Shown: piece by piece, positions 11,205 to 23,443 of the stretch
How positions within the stretch are numbered: position 1 is the first letter of the stretch
How the letters are laid out: each line of letters begins with the position of its first letter
Translations under genes and position numbers: made by a program
Source of the DNA: Guillardia theta CCMP2712
Lineage: Eukaryota; Protista; Cryptophyta
Length of the DNA stretch: 64,000 nt
NCBI RefSeq assembly: GCF_000315625.1
Contig: NW_005434641.1
Coordinates: forward strand, 387,113-451,112
Reading direction: 5' to 3'
The notes under the pieces: model-generated
Told to the model about the DNA's origin: nothing
The model's database searches: none
What the model saw: the letters and a program-made list of their open reading frames with translations, nothing else

Positions 11205-12847
11205 ATGCAGACATGGCGGCAGCGGGTACGTGAGAGCGTAGGAGGGCTGCGATGGCTCCATGGAGCGACGAGAAGAAGCAGGAGAAGTGAAAGAAGCGAA
11301 GGAAATGAGAGGGAGAAGACCATACGAAGCGTGAGAACCGTCCCAGCAGCGCTCCTCCTACAGCGAGGACCTTTCCCTGCATCATTTCCCTTGCGGAGTC
11401 GTCCCTTGTGCAACCCATCCTTCCCGGCATTCCGTCTCAACGTGAGGTTAAGGCCGGGAGGAATAATCGAGGGCTTCAGAAAGTTTTCAGACAGGATGAA
11501 GGCAGGATTCTCCGTTCTAGCCGATTACAGTCAGGTTGTGAACCACGAGGCGAATGGTAGGGAAATGAAACTCTCAGAATTCCTTCATTCCGTCGACCCC
11601 GATCGTTTCCCTTCCCTATCATCATCGCGCAAAACTGTGAGGAAAGGGCTCGTGCTCGTGAACGGGCAGTTAGGAAAGATTCATCATTTTGTCATGTTGG
11701 GAAGGGACAGCGTACAGATCACTGGGAGGACGGAGTCAAACTTCAAGCCTTACGGAGACCCTCCCTTCCACGTGAGAGGCTGACACTTGTTCTTCTCCTC
11801 CCTAGATCGTTTAGTGCCCTCATGCCCTGCCCCCTCTTCCACCTCCACCATGTCCCTGCTATTGCTCTTTGCCACGCTCGCAGTGAACAATCAGTAGATT
11901 GACGTCATCTACGAAGACGATTTCTTTGCGTGCGTCTACAAGCCGCCAGGATTTTGCTGGTAGGATGCTGCTTGTGATCAGGCATCCATGACGATTAACT
12001 CCATCGCCCTCAGCCATCCTCCGGCTGGACAAACGCACCAGGAGGCGGCTAAGAGCATGCGCGTTTGTGTCCCTCATTTCGTGAAGACTGCTCCGCCCGG
12101 GACTGAAAGCGCCTTGTGAGTTGTCGGGTTGAGGTCCTCGCGATGTGAATTGCATGCAGGTGGCGACCTCTCCTCGTCCATCGCCTCGACAAGCCGACCG
12201 AAGGTCTCATGCTGGTCGCCAAGACCAAAAAGGTTCACCAGAAAGATGCAAGCTTCTCTCACCTTGCTTGACAGGCTTACACGGAGCTGCAGCGGCAGTT
12301 TGCGCTCAGAGAAGTGAAGAAAACTTACGCGGCAGTTGTGGAGGGGAGGGTGGAGGACGAGTCGGGAGTGATCGACCTGGCAATCGGAGGGAAGGAATCT
12401 AAGACAGAGTACAAGGTTGTGCTGCGTACAGCAGCTCCGAACCTGAGGGACGGTGTAGTCACAACCCTCCACCTACACCCCCTGCATGGAAGAACCCATC
12501 AAATTCGCATTCATTGCGCGGATGGGCTGAGAGTGAGCATCGTTGGCGACAAGAAGTACGGGAGGTCCTACACAGGCCACGGGCTCTGCTTGGCCGCCAT
12601 CGGCCTCGAGGTCAAACATCCTGAGACCGGAGAGCTGATCAAGTTCTCTCGACCCGAGCCCGAACGCTTCAGTGCCTTCCGCGCCATGGCGGAGGCTGGG
12701 CTGAGGAGCATGTCCTGGAAAGAAGCTGCCTCCTCCTGCCTCACAGAAGTGTCTGCCACATCGGATGCCCAGTCATGCGAAGACGATGAAGCACTTAGCG
12801 AGGACGAGCTACTGGGAGATCTGAATAATCTCGAGCAGAGCTCATGA
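11205..12847 (+). CDS. RluA/RluD-family RNA pseudouridine synthase with S4-like domain (multi-exon, start uncertain)
   Basis: [13 protein letters not shown] (S4-like), [34 protein letters not shown] (catalytic HRLD), [19 protein letters not shown]. Confidence 0.9.
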
Positions 12848-12912
12848 CGGCGAGAAGGGCGGAGGATCAAGCTTTGAGCAGGAAACGAAATCTCAAGGGG
12901 ATTAAAGGCGGC

Positions 12913-14253
12913 TCAGGTGGATACGTTTATCCTGATTCGACTCAAAATAAATCACAGCCACCCTCGCAGAGAAGTTTCCATACCAGCTGGAGATTGCCAT
13001 CATAGCGACGAACGAGCAAGATATCGACACAGAGCACCTGCCAGCAGGGTCATTGAGATTTCACTTGCTGTCTCAATCACGAGAGGGATCACGTTTCGAT
13101 TGGAATCTCTTTCAAGGCATCTAGAATGAGCTCGAAGACTGCCACCCACAGCATGGCTCCGGCGGCGAAACTTCGCAAAGACTCACAAGGCGCACGAGGT
13201 GCAAGAGACTCTCGCCCTACCCGAGACCAACAGGCTCCCATGCGATGAAGTTCTCGACGAACAGAAACACAGGGACCTGCAGTCTGATCAACCGGCGACC
13301 CAAGGAAGGAACAAGAAGGTCGAAAAAAACATGGCGGGCTCAAAGCATCACCGCTATCACGGGCTGTGGGAGGCTGGAGAGGATGGCGAGGACTAAGGTT
13401 TGAAACCTCGGGACTCCTCGAGGAGCCTAACACGCTGTCGTGAGGGCTCAGGCAGACAGACATGAGCCCACCAGCACGAGCGCAACCGCCAGGCCCTCAG
13501 GGACGTTGTGCACTGCCAGACTGCCAGCAGACGTCAGGAGCCGTTACAAGAGGTGGCGTCAGAACACCTCATTGAGATGAACGCTCCAAGATGTGCTCCT
13601 CCTTTCCCGCAGAAGGCTACTCCAATACCGAGCCCCTTGTTGCATGTCAGAGATCGTTCGGCACTGCCATCTCTCAACGCGTCAAGCACAGTCAAGGCGC
13701 TCACCTCGGCGAAGGAATGCAGGGTCATGACCGCTACGATCAGAATAATCTTTGAAGCTTGCAAGCCGGTGATGTCGCCGAAGTGAAACTGATCCCAAGT
13801 CTCTACCATCTGCTTCGTGACAAGAACAAAAGCGATTCCAAGCATCACGCCTGCACTGACTCGAAATGCGTGTGAAATCTTGACGTCGAGCAAGATAAGT
13901 CCATCATCGTCTAGTTCTAGACCCTCATAGGCAAGACTGTAGCTCGCGGACAGCATCATGCCTGCGGCAACCGCATTGGAGAGACCTAGGGTGAAACCTG
14001 AGGGCTTGCTGAAGACCAGAAGAGGAAGCGCTCCCACCCCTGTGCAGATTGCCGCAAGCCAACCATAGTACCACACATGAAGGGGAGTTGGAGCCTTGGA
14101 GGTTAAACTCTCAGGCTTGGATAGCGCAGTCACAGCAGCAAGTAAGAGAAACAGCAGTAGGAATTTCGATGATGCACAGTCTTCTTTTGACCGCAAGGTA
14201 TCATGTGTTGTATTTCTGTGATGACCTTCCAACCTTTGCCGTCGCTCCCTCAT
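12913..14253 (-). CDS. ZIP (ZupT/ZIP11-like) metal transporter, multi-exon
   Basis: TGVGALP, AVAAGMMLSAS, MTLHSFAE|GLGIGV, SLAVHNVPEGLAVALVL, FAAGAMLWVAVFELI. Ends approximate. Confidence 0.9.
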
Positions 14254-14870
14254 CTCTGCTTTACCTTCCCTCTCCTCACCTTCCCGCTCCTCCCTTCTTG
14301 CTCCTCCCATCCTGTCAACTCCCCTGGACACTACGACCCCCTTAGACTACCCCTACTACCTCTCAATGACTACCCCACCCCATCCATTCCCCCATCAACC
14401 ACTCGCTATAAATCAAATATATACAGCCACCGGACTCCTCAATTGTCCCTATGAACCCCACAATGAAAATGCTTCAATTATATTCAAAATTTAACTTTCA
14501 TTTTCAATATTGAGTTGAAATTCATTTTGGTAAATCTCAGATTTTCGTAAATTTCAGATTTGAACACATTTGGAACCCCACCCCTACAACTATTTCAAGT
14601 ACCCCACCCGTTAGCCCATTGAGATAAGACCCTCTGCCAAAATGGCTTAAACCCAGGAGGGAGAGGAGCAGGAGATGAGGATTAGATGAGGAGGATAAGT
14701 AGAAGAGAAGTATAGGACGAGAGGAGGAGGAGGAGGAGGAGGAGGAAGGCAGATGGAGGGCAAGAAGTGTCCCAGCATGATAGAGGTGATTGCAGGTTGA
14801 TGACTCAAGGACAGGAAGGCACTGCCTTCCCTTCTCTGATAGTTTTTTATTCATGTCCCAGCAGGTTCAC

Positions 14871-16776
14871 ATGGAGTCAAGCGATCAAAGTTCTCCCTCC
14901 ATTCCTATCAAAAAAGCCTTCGAATACCGCAAGGCCTGCGAGCTTGGAGATGTAACCTACTCTTTCTCGACTACTTGTTCAGTGTTTCTAATCTTGTCCT
15001 TCTCTGCACCTCTTCACAGGGCAAGGCTTGTCTTTACTTCGGAAATTATCTTCAGTGCGCGCGGACTGATACCATCTGCAAGAACAATAAGAGAGTCCGC
15101 AAATTTCTTCAACGCGCTTGCTCGTTAGGAGAGGCGGACGGCTGTCTCTACCTTGCCGGGATGTACGAGAGAATGTGTTTCATTCCATCTCTTGTTAAAT
15201 ACTTTCTCCTGCTCTCCTGCTCTCCTGCTCTCCTGCTCTCCTGCTCTCCTGCTCTCCTGCTCTCCTGCTCTCCTGCTCTCCTGCTCTCGAGCTCTCCTGC
15301 CCTCCTGCCCTCCTGCCCTCCTGCCCTCCTGCCCTCTTGCCCTCCTGCCCTCCTGCTCTCCTGCCCTCCTGCCCTCCTGCCCTCCTGCTCTCCTGCTCTC
15401 CTGCTCTCCTGCTCTCCTGCCCTCCTGCCCTCTTGCCCTCCTGCCCTCCTGCCCTCCTGCTCTCCTTACCGTGTATCAAATGTCTCTTTGTATTTTGTTA
15501 CGATCTCCCTTCCTTTTTGTCCCTTTCCCGGCCTGTTTCTCATGTCATGTACAGGCAGATAACGGGACAGGTCCCTGGATCCGAAAAAGAAGCGTTTCAA
15601 AACGCCATGACGGCATGCAATATGGGGAGCACAGACGGTAAACGACGTAATCCTTCTTCGAGTGTCTCCTCTTTCACTTCCTTTTTTTGTGGGGGTTTCT
15701 TCTCCCTTGTTTGTCTGCTTTCCTTCCTCTTCACTTGACGGTTCTCTGCCTAGCTTGTTTCCTCGCGGCAACTTTTACAAGAGCAGGACTAGGTGAGCAC
15801 TCTCACCTGCTCTCGTTTCTCAAACTTCATGGTCAGGCACGAAGAAAGACTGCTCGTGCGGTCTTAACGCTTTTCTTCACTTATGCAATGAGAGTCATCA
15901 TGGCAAAAGTTGCTACGAAGGCGCGCGATCCTTGTCGCAAATGTCAAGAGCAGGTGAGTGAGAAGCCAAGAGCAGGAGGATGAGATGGAGGAGAAGGGAG
16001 ATGGTGCTGCTGGTGCCGGTGCTGATGCTGGTGCTGGTGCTGGTGCTGGTGCTGGTGCTGGTGCTGGTGCTGGTGCTGGTGCTGCAGACGACGACGATGA
16101 TGATGAAAACGAGCAGCAACATGAAGAGAATGACGGATTATTACAGGGAGAATGGACGGAAAGGAGGAAGAAGCGACACAGAGGATGCAAGACCTCATCA
16201 TCAAGTCTTGTGAATACAAGTATGAACCGGGATGTGGTTGCTCTTGAAGGTGAGNNNNNNNNNNNNNNNNNNNNNNNNNNNNNNNNNNNNNNNNNNNNNN
16301 NNNNNNNNNNNNNNNNNNNNNNNNNNNNNNNNNNNNNNNNNNNNNNNNNNNNNNTGAACGACAAGCAGGACTTCCTGTTCAGCCCTCAGAACACAGAGGA
16401 GCACGAGTCTCAGAAGGGACAGCACCTCAACCTATCAAAATCCATCGGAGTTAAGCGTGACGGAGCGTTCCACAGGTCCGCGTCAGGGAAGCATCGCAAG
16501 AGCAGGAGGAAATTGCCACAGCATTCTCCCACCTTCGAGTCCAACGGGGCCCTCCGCTTCATACGAACCCCCGTCAACTCAGCCCCTCCCACTCGCATCT
16601 ACTCACCTCTGTACGGAGAGAGGAGTGAATTCAACTCCTTCAGGAGGAGGAGGAGGAGGAGGAGGAGGAATTGGTGGGGGGGCAAAGGGCAAAGGGGGAA
16701 TGCGGAGTAAGTTTGGATGAGGCTGTCTACAGGAGTTTCAGAGGTTGATCCAGACAAGTTCTCGCCCCGGCCATGA
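14871..16776 (+). CDS. Sel1-like repeat protein (COA7/Hcp-like), multi-exon, ends uncertain
   Basis: KAFEYRKACELGD|GKACLYFG, FLQRACSLGEADGCLYLAGMY, AFQNAMTACNMGSTD: repeated AC.LG...C..L pattern. Spans an N gap. Confidence 0.6.
15205..15465 (+). repeat. Intronic 8-bp tandem repeat (CTCCTGCT/CTCCTGCC)n
   Basis: Directly visible tandem array. Confidence 0.95.
16003..16083 (+). repeat. (GGTGCT)n hexamer repeat
   Basis: Directly visible. Confidence 0.9.
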
Positions 16777-16946
16777 CTTCGCTGTGTTTCTCTCGGGGTC
16801 GGAGAAGTTCAACTGCGAGTGAGCTAGGGGCTAACAAGTTCACATACTCGTAGAGAAGAAAGAGATGCGACCAGTCGGAAGTGGGGGAAGAGCAGGCGAG
16901 TCAGTTTGAGGGAAGGCAGGAGCAGCGCAGGGGGTTCGCGCGTGTC

Positions 16947-17641
16947 TCACTCATCGCACACGATAAAGTCCTCGAGGTCCGCGTAGCTGTCAAGTCCATC
17001 CTCCTCCTCCAGGAATGCGTCCACGTACGCGTTGCGGCTGCGGAGCCGATGAGGTCTCTTCCTCCTCTTCACCTGCTCGCTCGCCCTGGCGTCCTCGTCT
17101 TTGCTCTTTGGTGGTGGAGGCAGTGCAGAAGCCTCCAGCAGCCTCTCGAGCTCGACCTGAAGGCTCCTGCTCCTGCCTAGCATGCCGCAGAGGGTCCTGA
17201 CGGAGGCGACGGCCTTCTCCAGCTGGTAACTAGCTCGTGCCGCCTGCTCCTCCTGCCCGCTCAGCTGCCACTCAAGTCAGCGACGGGGATGTGCCGGTTC
17301 TGAGGCTGGCGCACCTGGAGGTCGCTGATGAGCGACCCGGAGCCGCCGATGACATGGCGAGCGAGTCGAAGGAAAGAGGAGGAGGCGAGCTGATCCCCAG
17401 CTTTGAGGGAGGTCAGCGAGCTGAAGTCACGCAGCAGCTGGCAGGCGACGTTGTGAATCCTGAAGGAGAAGTGACGAGGACGATAAAACCTCCTCCCCTC
17501 CTGCCCCTGCCCCTGCCCCTGCCCCTGCCCCTGCCCCTGCCCCTGCTGCTCCTGCCCCTGCCCCTTCCCCTGTTCCTGCTCCTGCTGCTCCTGCTCCTGC
17601 TCCTGCTGCTCCTGCTGCTCCTGCTCCTGCTCCTGCTCCTG

Positions 17642-17706
<65 letters not shown>

Positions 17707-20700
17707 TTCTTCTTCATCATCCTCACCTCATCACGCTCGCCCGCACTGCCGAGGACGAGGATACAAACCGGGAGAGGCCGCAGGTCGCGAAGCTGACCGC
17801 ACAGAAGCAGTCGCTGCAGGAGCGAAGCTGCTGCTGGACCGAACTGTGCGAGGCTGAGAGGAGGAGCAGAGGGAAGAAAGGAACAGCTTCAAGAGGAGCA
17901 GAGGGAAGAAAGGAACAGCTTCAAGAGGAGCAGAGAGAGTGAAGGACAAGGAGGAGCAGTCAAGTGATCGAGTCACCTCGTGCTTGCTCCGTCCTCCAGG
18001 ACTCGTTGGAAGATGTCTGCGAGTGTTCTCCTGCTCATGACGGGGATGAGGCTCGGGAGGACGACGGTGAGTAATGCGTTGACGCAGGCGATTTGATCGA
18101 ACTTGGGGAGGTCCTGAGAGAGAGCTTGAGCAGACGAAAGGGATCAGGGGAAGGAAAGAGAAAGAAAACCAAGAAAGAGAGGGTGAGGAGGAAGAAGGAA
18201 GAACATGTAGAGGTCGAACCCATCTCAGAGCTGCGATCTCCTCTGCTGTACGAGCTGATCGGAAAGGTTCTTCAAGCGACCCCCAGAGCAGCTCTTGATC
18301 GCAGCGCTCCTCCTCCTCCTCCTCTCCCACTGACACTCGACGTAAAGCCTGCAGAGCAAACACGACTCTCTCTTCATCCGGCACAAGCGACATGGCCAGC
18401 GCCATCGCGCTCCTGACTAGCTTTGCATGTTCCACGCTTGCTATCCGTAGCAGCAAAACAACCTTCACAAGTCTCAGCCTCTCTCCCGCTCATCTCCCTT
18501 CCCTTCTCTCTCTCCCTCCCCTCATGCTTCTCGTCCTCCCTCTCATCTCACCCGCTTGCTGAGGTCTCGCAGCTTGTCCGCTCTCGTCGCGTTCTTCCTC
18601 CCCTCCTCTCTTGCTTGAGGCGTCGCCAGTACAGCCTGACAGAACTCGAGATGCTGAAGCAACCGGCTGGGTGACCTAGCTCCTCCCCCTCCCTCCTTTC
18701 CCCATCGCTCTAACCTCTCCACCATCTCAAGGACAAGATCCAGCGAGGAAACTTCAGAGTCCTAACAGCAGTCACAATTCTCTCCTCGCCTCTCCCTTTC
18801 ATTCTCCTCCTTACCTTCACAATCCTTCGCTTCTTTCTGCTCGCCTCCGCCCCCTCAATGCGCTCACTCGCTTTCGCACGTCGCAGCCCCTCCAGGAGGA
18901 GAGCAACTCGCTGCTCCCCGCAGCCTTCAAACTCCAGAAAGAATCGCATTGCACTCAGCGCCGCTCCTCCGCCTCCTCCGCCTCGTCGACCTCCTCTGCT
19001 GTCCGCCACATCCTCTAAGACGAGGCCCCTTGCTCTCAGCGTCTCTTTGACATCTTTTTCCAAGCGCATCTCCTCCTCCTCCTCCTCCTCATCGCCTGCT
19101 GGCATCTTCGTCCTCCTGCCCCCTCTCTCTGCCAGAGTCTCCTCAAGCTCGTAGACCTCACAGACGGCATGAACGAGACGAGGAAGCAGCGAGACCCACA
19201 GGCTCTGCTGGGGAACAGCACGACTCGACCCCGCCTGCTCCCCGCCTGCCTCCTCAGTCATGTCACATCCTCCTTCCTCTCTTGGTCGCGCAGCCGTCGC
19301 CACAAGCCGCGAGATGATACGCTCGGTGACCACGAGAAGATGGCGGCTGCCACCTCGAGGAGCAGAGGAGGAGGAGGAGGAGGAAAGGCTCGCTCTGATG
19401 ATGCTCTCAAGCGTATCAAGGGCTCCATGTGGGTCGAGGACGAGACGATCCTGCAAGCTTCTTTCTTCTTCCCCTCCTCGAGCCCTTGCAAGCTTGGCGT
19501 CAGCGGCAGGACGAGGCGAGGTAGGAAGAGGAGAGGCAGGACGAGACCTCCTATAAGACTGAGCGACAGGCTTCCCGCCGTCCCTCCGCCTTATCATGGG
19601 CAGGATCGCCGACATGGCGCAGAAGAAGCTGATCAGCACAGTCGTCGGCGAGGAGACCGCTGGAGCCTCTGCGAGGGAACGAGAGTCGAGAATCCAGTCG
19701 GGAGGGAAGAGAGGAGAGGAGCTGAACTCCAACAGGACCTCATAGATGGACAGCAGCAGGGGAAGGCGCTCAGCGGGGGAGGCGAGGTTCTCCTCCTCGT
19801 CTCTCCTCCTCTTCTCTCTCCCCTCCTCTTCGTCTCTGACATGCCCAGACTCCATGAGAAGGTCTGCAACACAGCGATTGTCCGTGACTTGCCGCACGAG
19901 CTCCTCCAGCAGCATCTCGATCCTGGTCCCCTCTTCGCCTTCTGTTCGCCCCCCTGTCTCCTCCCGATGAAGCAGCAAAAGTTGCAACGCGCAGGACAGC
20001 AGGCCCGCCACATCGTCTCTCGTTCTCACCATCCTCGTCGAGTTGGTCCGAACGACTTGGAAGCAACGCAGCAACTGGAAACGACCTCTCCTCCTCCTCT
20101 CTCCTCCTCTCCCCCTCCCTTCCTCCTCTTCCCCGCATCTTCGCTCACCCGTCGAGCAGAAGAAGCGCGAGAGTCTCTCGAGGAGGACGCTCTCTATCAG
20201 CGTCCTTGCGCTCGCGTGCAGCCTCAGCCTCGCGTCCCCTCGCTGTCCACTTGCCTGTAGACCTCCCAGAATCCTGCGGATGCCCGAGTAGAGTTCTTGG
20301 CGGATGGAGGAGGAGGAGGAGGAGAACTTCGACTTGAAGGACAGGATGGCGTCCAGCTGCTCGCTCTCCTCCTCGAGGGCCCCGCAGGAGAGGAGGGAGA
20401 GCTGACCGAAGACAGCGAGAGACACTCTCCTTGCCTCCGAGCTCAGCATCTCCTTCCTCACCATGAGCGCCACCTTGGCCACCAGCGATGGAGCAGAGCG
20501 ACAGAGCGGCATGAAGGCCGCCATGACGGACTTGCCCGGGTTGAGAGGAAGCATCCATAGGAGAGAGAAGCCCTGAGCCACCTCCTCCTGCAGGTCTCGC
20601 AGAGAGAGCAGGTAACTCCCCGCCAGCCTGCGCAGCGCCTTCACGTAGGAGGAGAGGACAAGAGGAGAGCTCGCGAACTCGAGGAGGGAGGAGAAGCAGT

Positions 20701-21763
20701 GGGCGAGCAGCTCGGGGCGGCAGGAGGGCTGCCAGTGAAACATGTCGAGGAGAAGGTGAACAGCAAGTCCAGCAGCAGCCGGGCTGAGATGCATGAGGAG
20801 GGAGGAGAGCTCGAGGAGGAGGCTGCTCAACCAGGAGGCCTCCGACCGCCTCGTCACCTCCGACATCATCCGCCTCGCTGCCCTCGCCCCCTCGCCTCCT
20901 TCCTGCGCCTTCTCCTCCCGCCCCAGCTGCTTCGCCAGCATCGCGCAGATTCGGTGAAGCATCAAATCGCGACAGAGGTCGTTCCTGGCGCAGAAGAGGA
21001 GCAGGAGAAGGTCATGCTCGTCGACGCTGCTGGTCTCGTCGTAGAGCTCGAGGAGGAGGAGGAAGCTGAGCGAGTTAACATCCAGCGACATTCCGAGCAC
21101 ACAGTACATGTCATCAAGCGTCGAGGGCGGCGACTTGGCCATCAAGTTTCGCACCAGCGACATCCAGCAGGGGCGGTGGAACTTCTGGCAAGCAGCCATG
21201 ACAAACTGAAGTGTCGCTACCATGCTCCTCTCCTCTCCCTCCAGGCTCACTCGTTCGATCTTCTTGCACAAGCGATGCTGCTCGTCCTGCGTCAGGTTCA
21301 CCTCAAGGAGGATATTGCCCATGCTGAGCATTGAGTTTTCGTGACTTGCGCGCAACAAGCTATCCACAAGATTGTTTCGCACGCGGCAGCACTTGGCGAG
21401 CTTCTCCTCCTCCTCCAGCTCCGAGAGTTTGTCAAGACATTCGATCACTTGAGGAACGAGCTCCAATGCACGAGCAACGCCGTCCTTCACTCGCCCCTTC
21501 TCCTCCTCCCCGTCCTTGCTCAGGGGATGCACCAGGAGGTCCGCTACCTCCTCTAAGAGATCGAAGGTTTCCTCGGAGCTCTCCGAGCACAAGTCTCTCA
21601 GCCATGCCCTCACCTCCATCAAGCAGCTGTACGCGGATCTCCCTCCCACGCGCTCCTCCTGCATCATCCGCACGACCTCAATGATCGCCTCCCCCATGCT
21701 CTTTGGAGCTGCGGCGAGTCCTCCAAGCACAGACAAGAGGCGATGAGGCTCAGATGGGTCCAT
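16947..21763 (-). CDS. Large helical solenoid protein, FANCI-like (divergent)
   Basis: The ~3 kb first exon includes LLLDMFHWQPSCRPELL...SYVKALRRL...LWMLPLNPGKSVMAAFMPL...LMVRKEMLSSEARRVSLAVFGQLSLL, which resembles the FANCI solenoid-2 segment (..LRKAMF...ARKSAV.GFL.LL) as recalled. Last exon LRSRNAYVDAFLEEEDGLDSYADLEDFIV. Confidence 0.55.
17496..17705 (+). repeat. Intronic (CTGCCC)n/(CTGCTC)n repeat
   Basis: Directly visible. Confidence 0.9.
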
Positions 21764-22352
21764 CCTCCTTCAGCGTCGCTCTCCTTCCCTCACCCCTGCT
21801 CCTCACTCGCTCCCCTCCCTTCCCAGCATCTCGCCCTTGGCCGATCCTTCCTGAGGAGATTAGAGCGGGGGGGGGTGAGGGTGGGGGGAGGGGGGGGGGG
21901 TGAGGGTGGGGGGAGGGGGGGCATCGCCTCTTGTCTGGGCTTGGGGGGCTCGCCGGAGCTCCAAAGAGGATGGGGGGGGGGATCATTGGGGGCGTGCGGA
22001 TGATGCAGGGGGGGGGCGTGATCGGCGTTCTGGCGGATGGGGGAAGACCGGTGGCTCATCGCCAACTCTTGACCAAAGGGCCCGTTAATGCAATAGTGAC
22101 CGCCCATCGACAATGCGGGGGTATTTAAAGAGTCACAAGAAGGAGAAAAAAAGACATTAATCTCGAAAGAACAGCGGCAGAGCAGTGCTGTGNNNNNNNN
22201 NNNNNNNNNNNNNNNNNNNNNNNNNNNNNNNNNNNNNNNNNNNNNNNNNNNNNNNNNNNNNNNNNNNNNNNNNNNNNNNNNNNNNNNNNNNNGGAGGGGG
22301 GGCAGTGCATTCTTTGAGCTAGAAAGCAGTTGCTGTCTTTTCTCATGCGAGC

Positions 22353-23431
22353 ATGGCTGTAGCTTGTTCTGTCGCTCTTCTCCCTCTCCCGTCCCCTCCC
22401 CTCCCTCCCTCCCTCCCTTGTCAGAAGCTCCGCCCTCCTCTCTCCTCCTCTCTCGCTCCTCTCCTCCCGCTTGTTTCCTTCACTCGCCACTGGTTTCACC
22501 GGCTTCTTCCCACCCTCCTCTATCTAAGCAGGCGATTGAGAGGAGGATCGCGAAGACGGTCGAGAGAGTCAGGCAGGAGTCCAGCTGTCGTAACGATCTC
22601 AGAAGGAGGGATGAAGGAAGAAGCAACGCCGAGAGAGCCTGAAGGACCAGACGAGATTGCAGGTGAACCCCAAGCACCTCCATGCAAATGATCCTCCTCC
22701 TCCTCCTCCTCCTCCATGCAGCTTATTCTCCTGATCCAGGTCCTCCTCTCCCTCCTCCTCCTCCTCGTCCTCATCCTCCTCCTCGTCTTTCTCGATCTCG
22801 TTTTCCTCTACCTCATGTTGCCTTTCGCTCGCTCGACCTGATCTTCGCTCTAGCTGCAGGAGTTGTGCTCTCCACTGATGGTGGGAAGTTTCTGATTGAA
22901 AGCTCCTTACCCGACTCGCTTCCTAAGGATGAAGCCAAGTTGTACACACAGGACGGCATGTGCATAGGCAGAGTGAAGGTGAGAGGTGGAGGAAGACAAG
23001 GTGAGGGAAGCAGGCAGGAGGTAACGACAGGAGCAGGAGGTGCTGGGCCTCTTGAATTATCCCTTGTTCTCCTTGCGCCCTGAGCTGGGGATAATCCCGG
23101 CAACCTACTCGGAGGGGACGAAGGTGAACGAGTCGCTAGCTGCCGTCACGTCTCAGCGTCTGCAGGTTTTTATTCAGCCCGACAAGGTGATCGCTATAAG
23201 CCAAGTCGTTGCCAATACAGAGAAATGGTAGCAAGAGTAGAGGCTTTTGGGGATGCTGATGTCAATTTCAAGGGAAGCGAAGGAGAGGAAGAAGAAACGG
23301 AGATCGAGGAAGGTTGTGCGGCAGCCTCTGAGAAGATTCTTTTAGCTGTTCTATTAGATCAAAATCCCATCGGCCTTCCGCTTCTATTGTACAACTGTAC
23401 ATCCTCATACTATGGTTGCAATCATCACTGA
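22353..23431 (+). CDS. Gar1/Naf1-like RNA-binding domain protein with N-terminal leader (multi-exon, ends uncertain)
   Basis: Spliced EIAG|VVLSTDGGKFLIES..LPKDEAKLYTQDGMCIGRVK|EVLGLLNYPLFSLRP resembles the Gar1/Naf1 barrel (..IG+V.E+fGp...P.ysv+). Confidence 0.6.
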
Positions 23432-23443
23432 CATGTTGGAACC

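Noticed and set aside
15153-17857. Poly-Leu, Gly-Ala and Ser-Cys ORFs (also at 30081-30474, 36390-37417, 46015-49503)
   Set aside because: Translations of mostly intronic or intergenic microsatellites.
19169-20260. 363-aa + strand ORF (also 31096-32049 on -)
   Set aside because: Antisense to well-supported genes (FANCI-like, BRF1).
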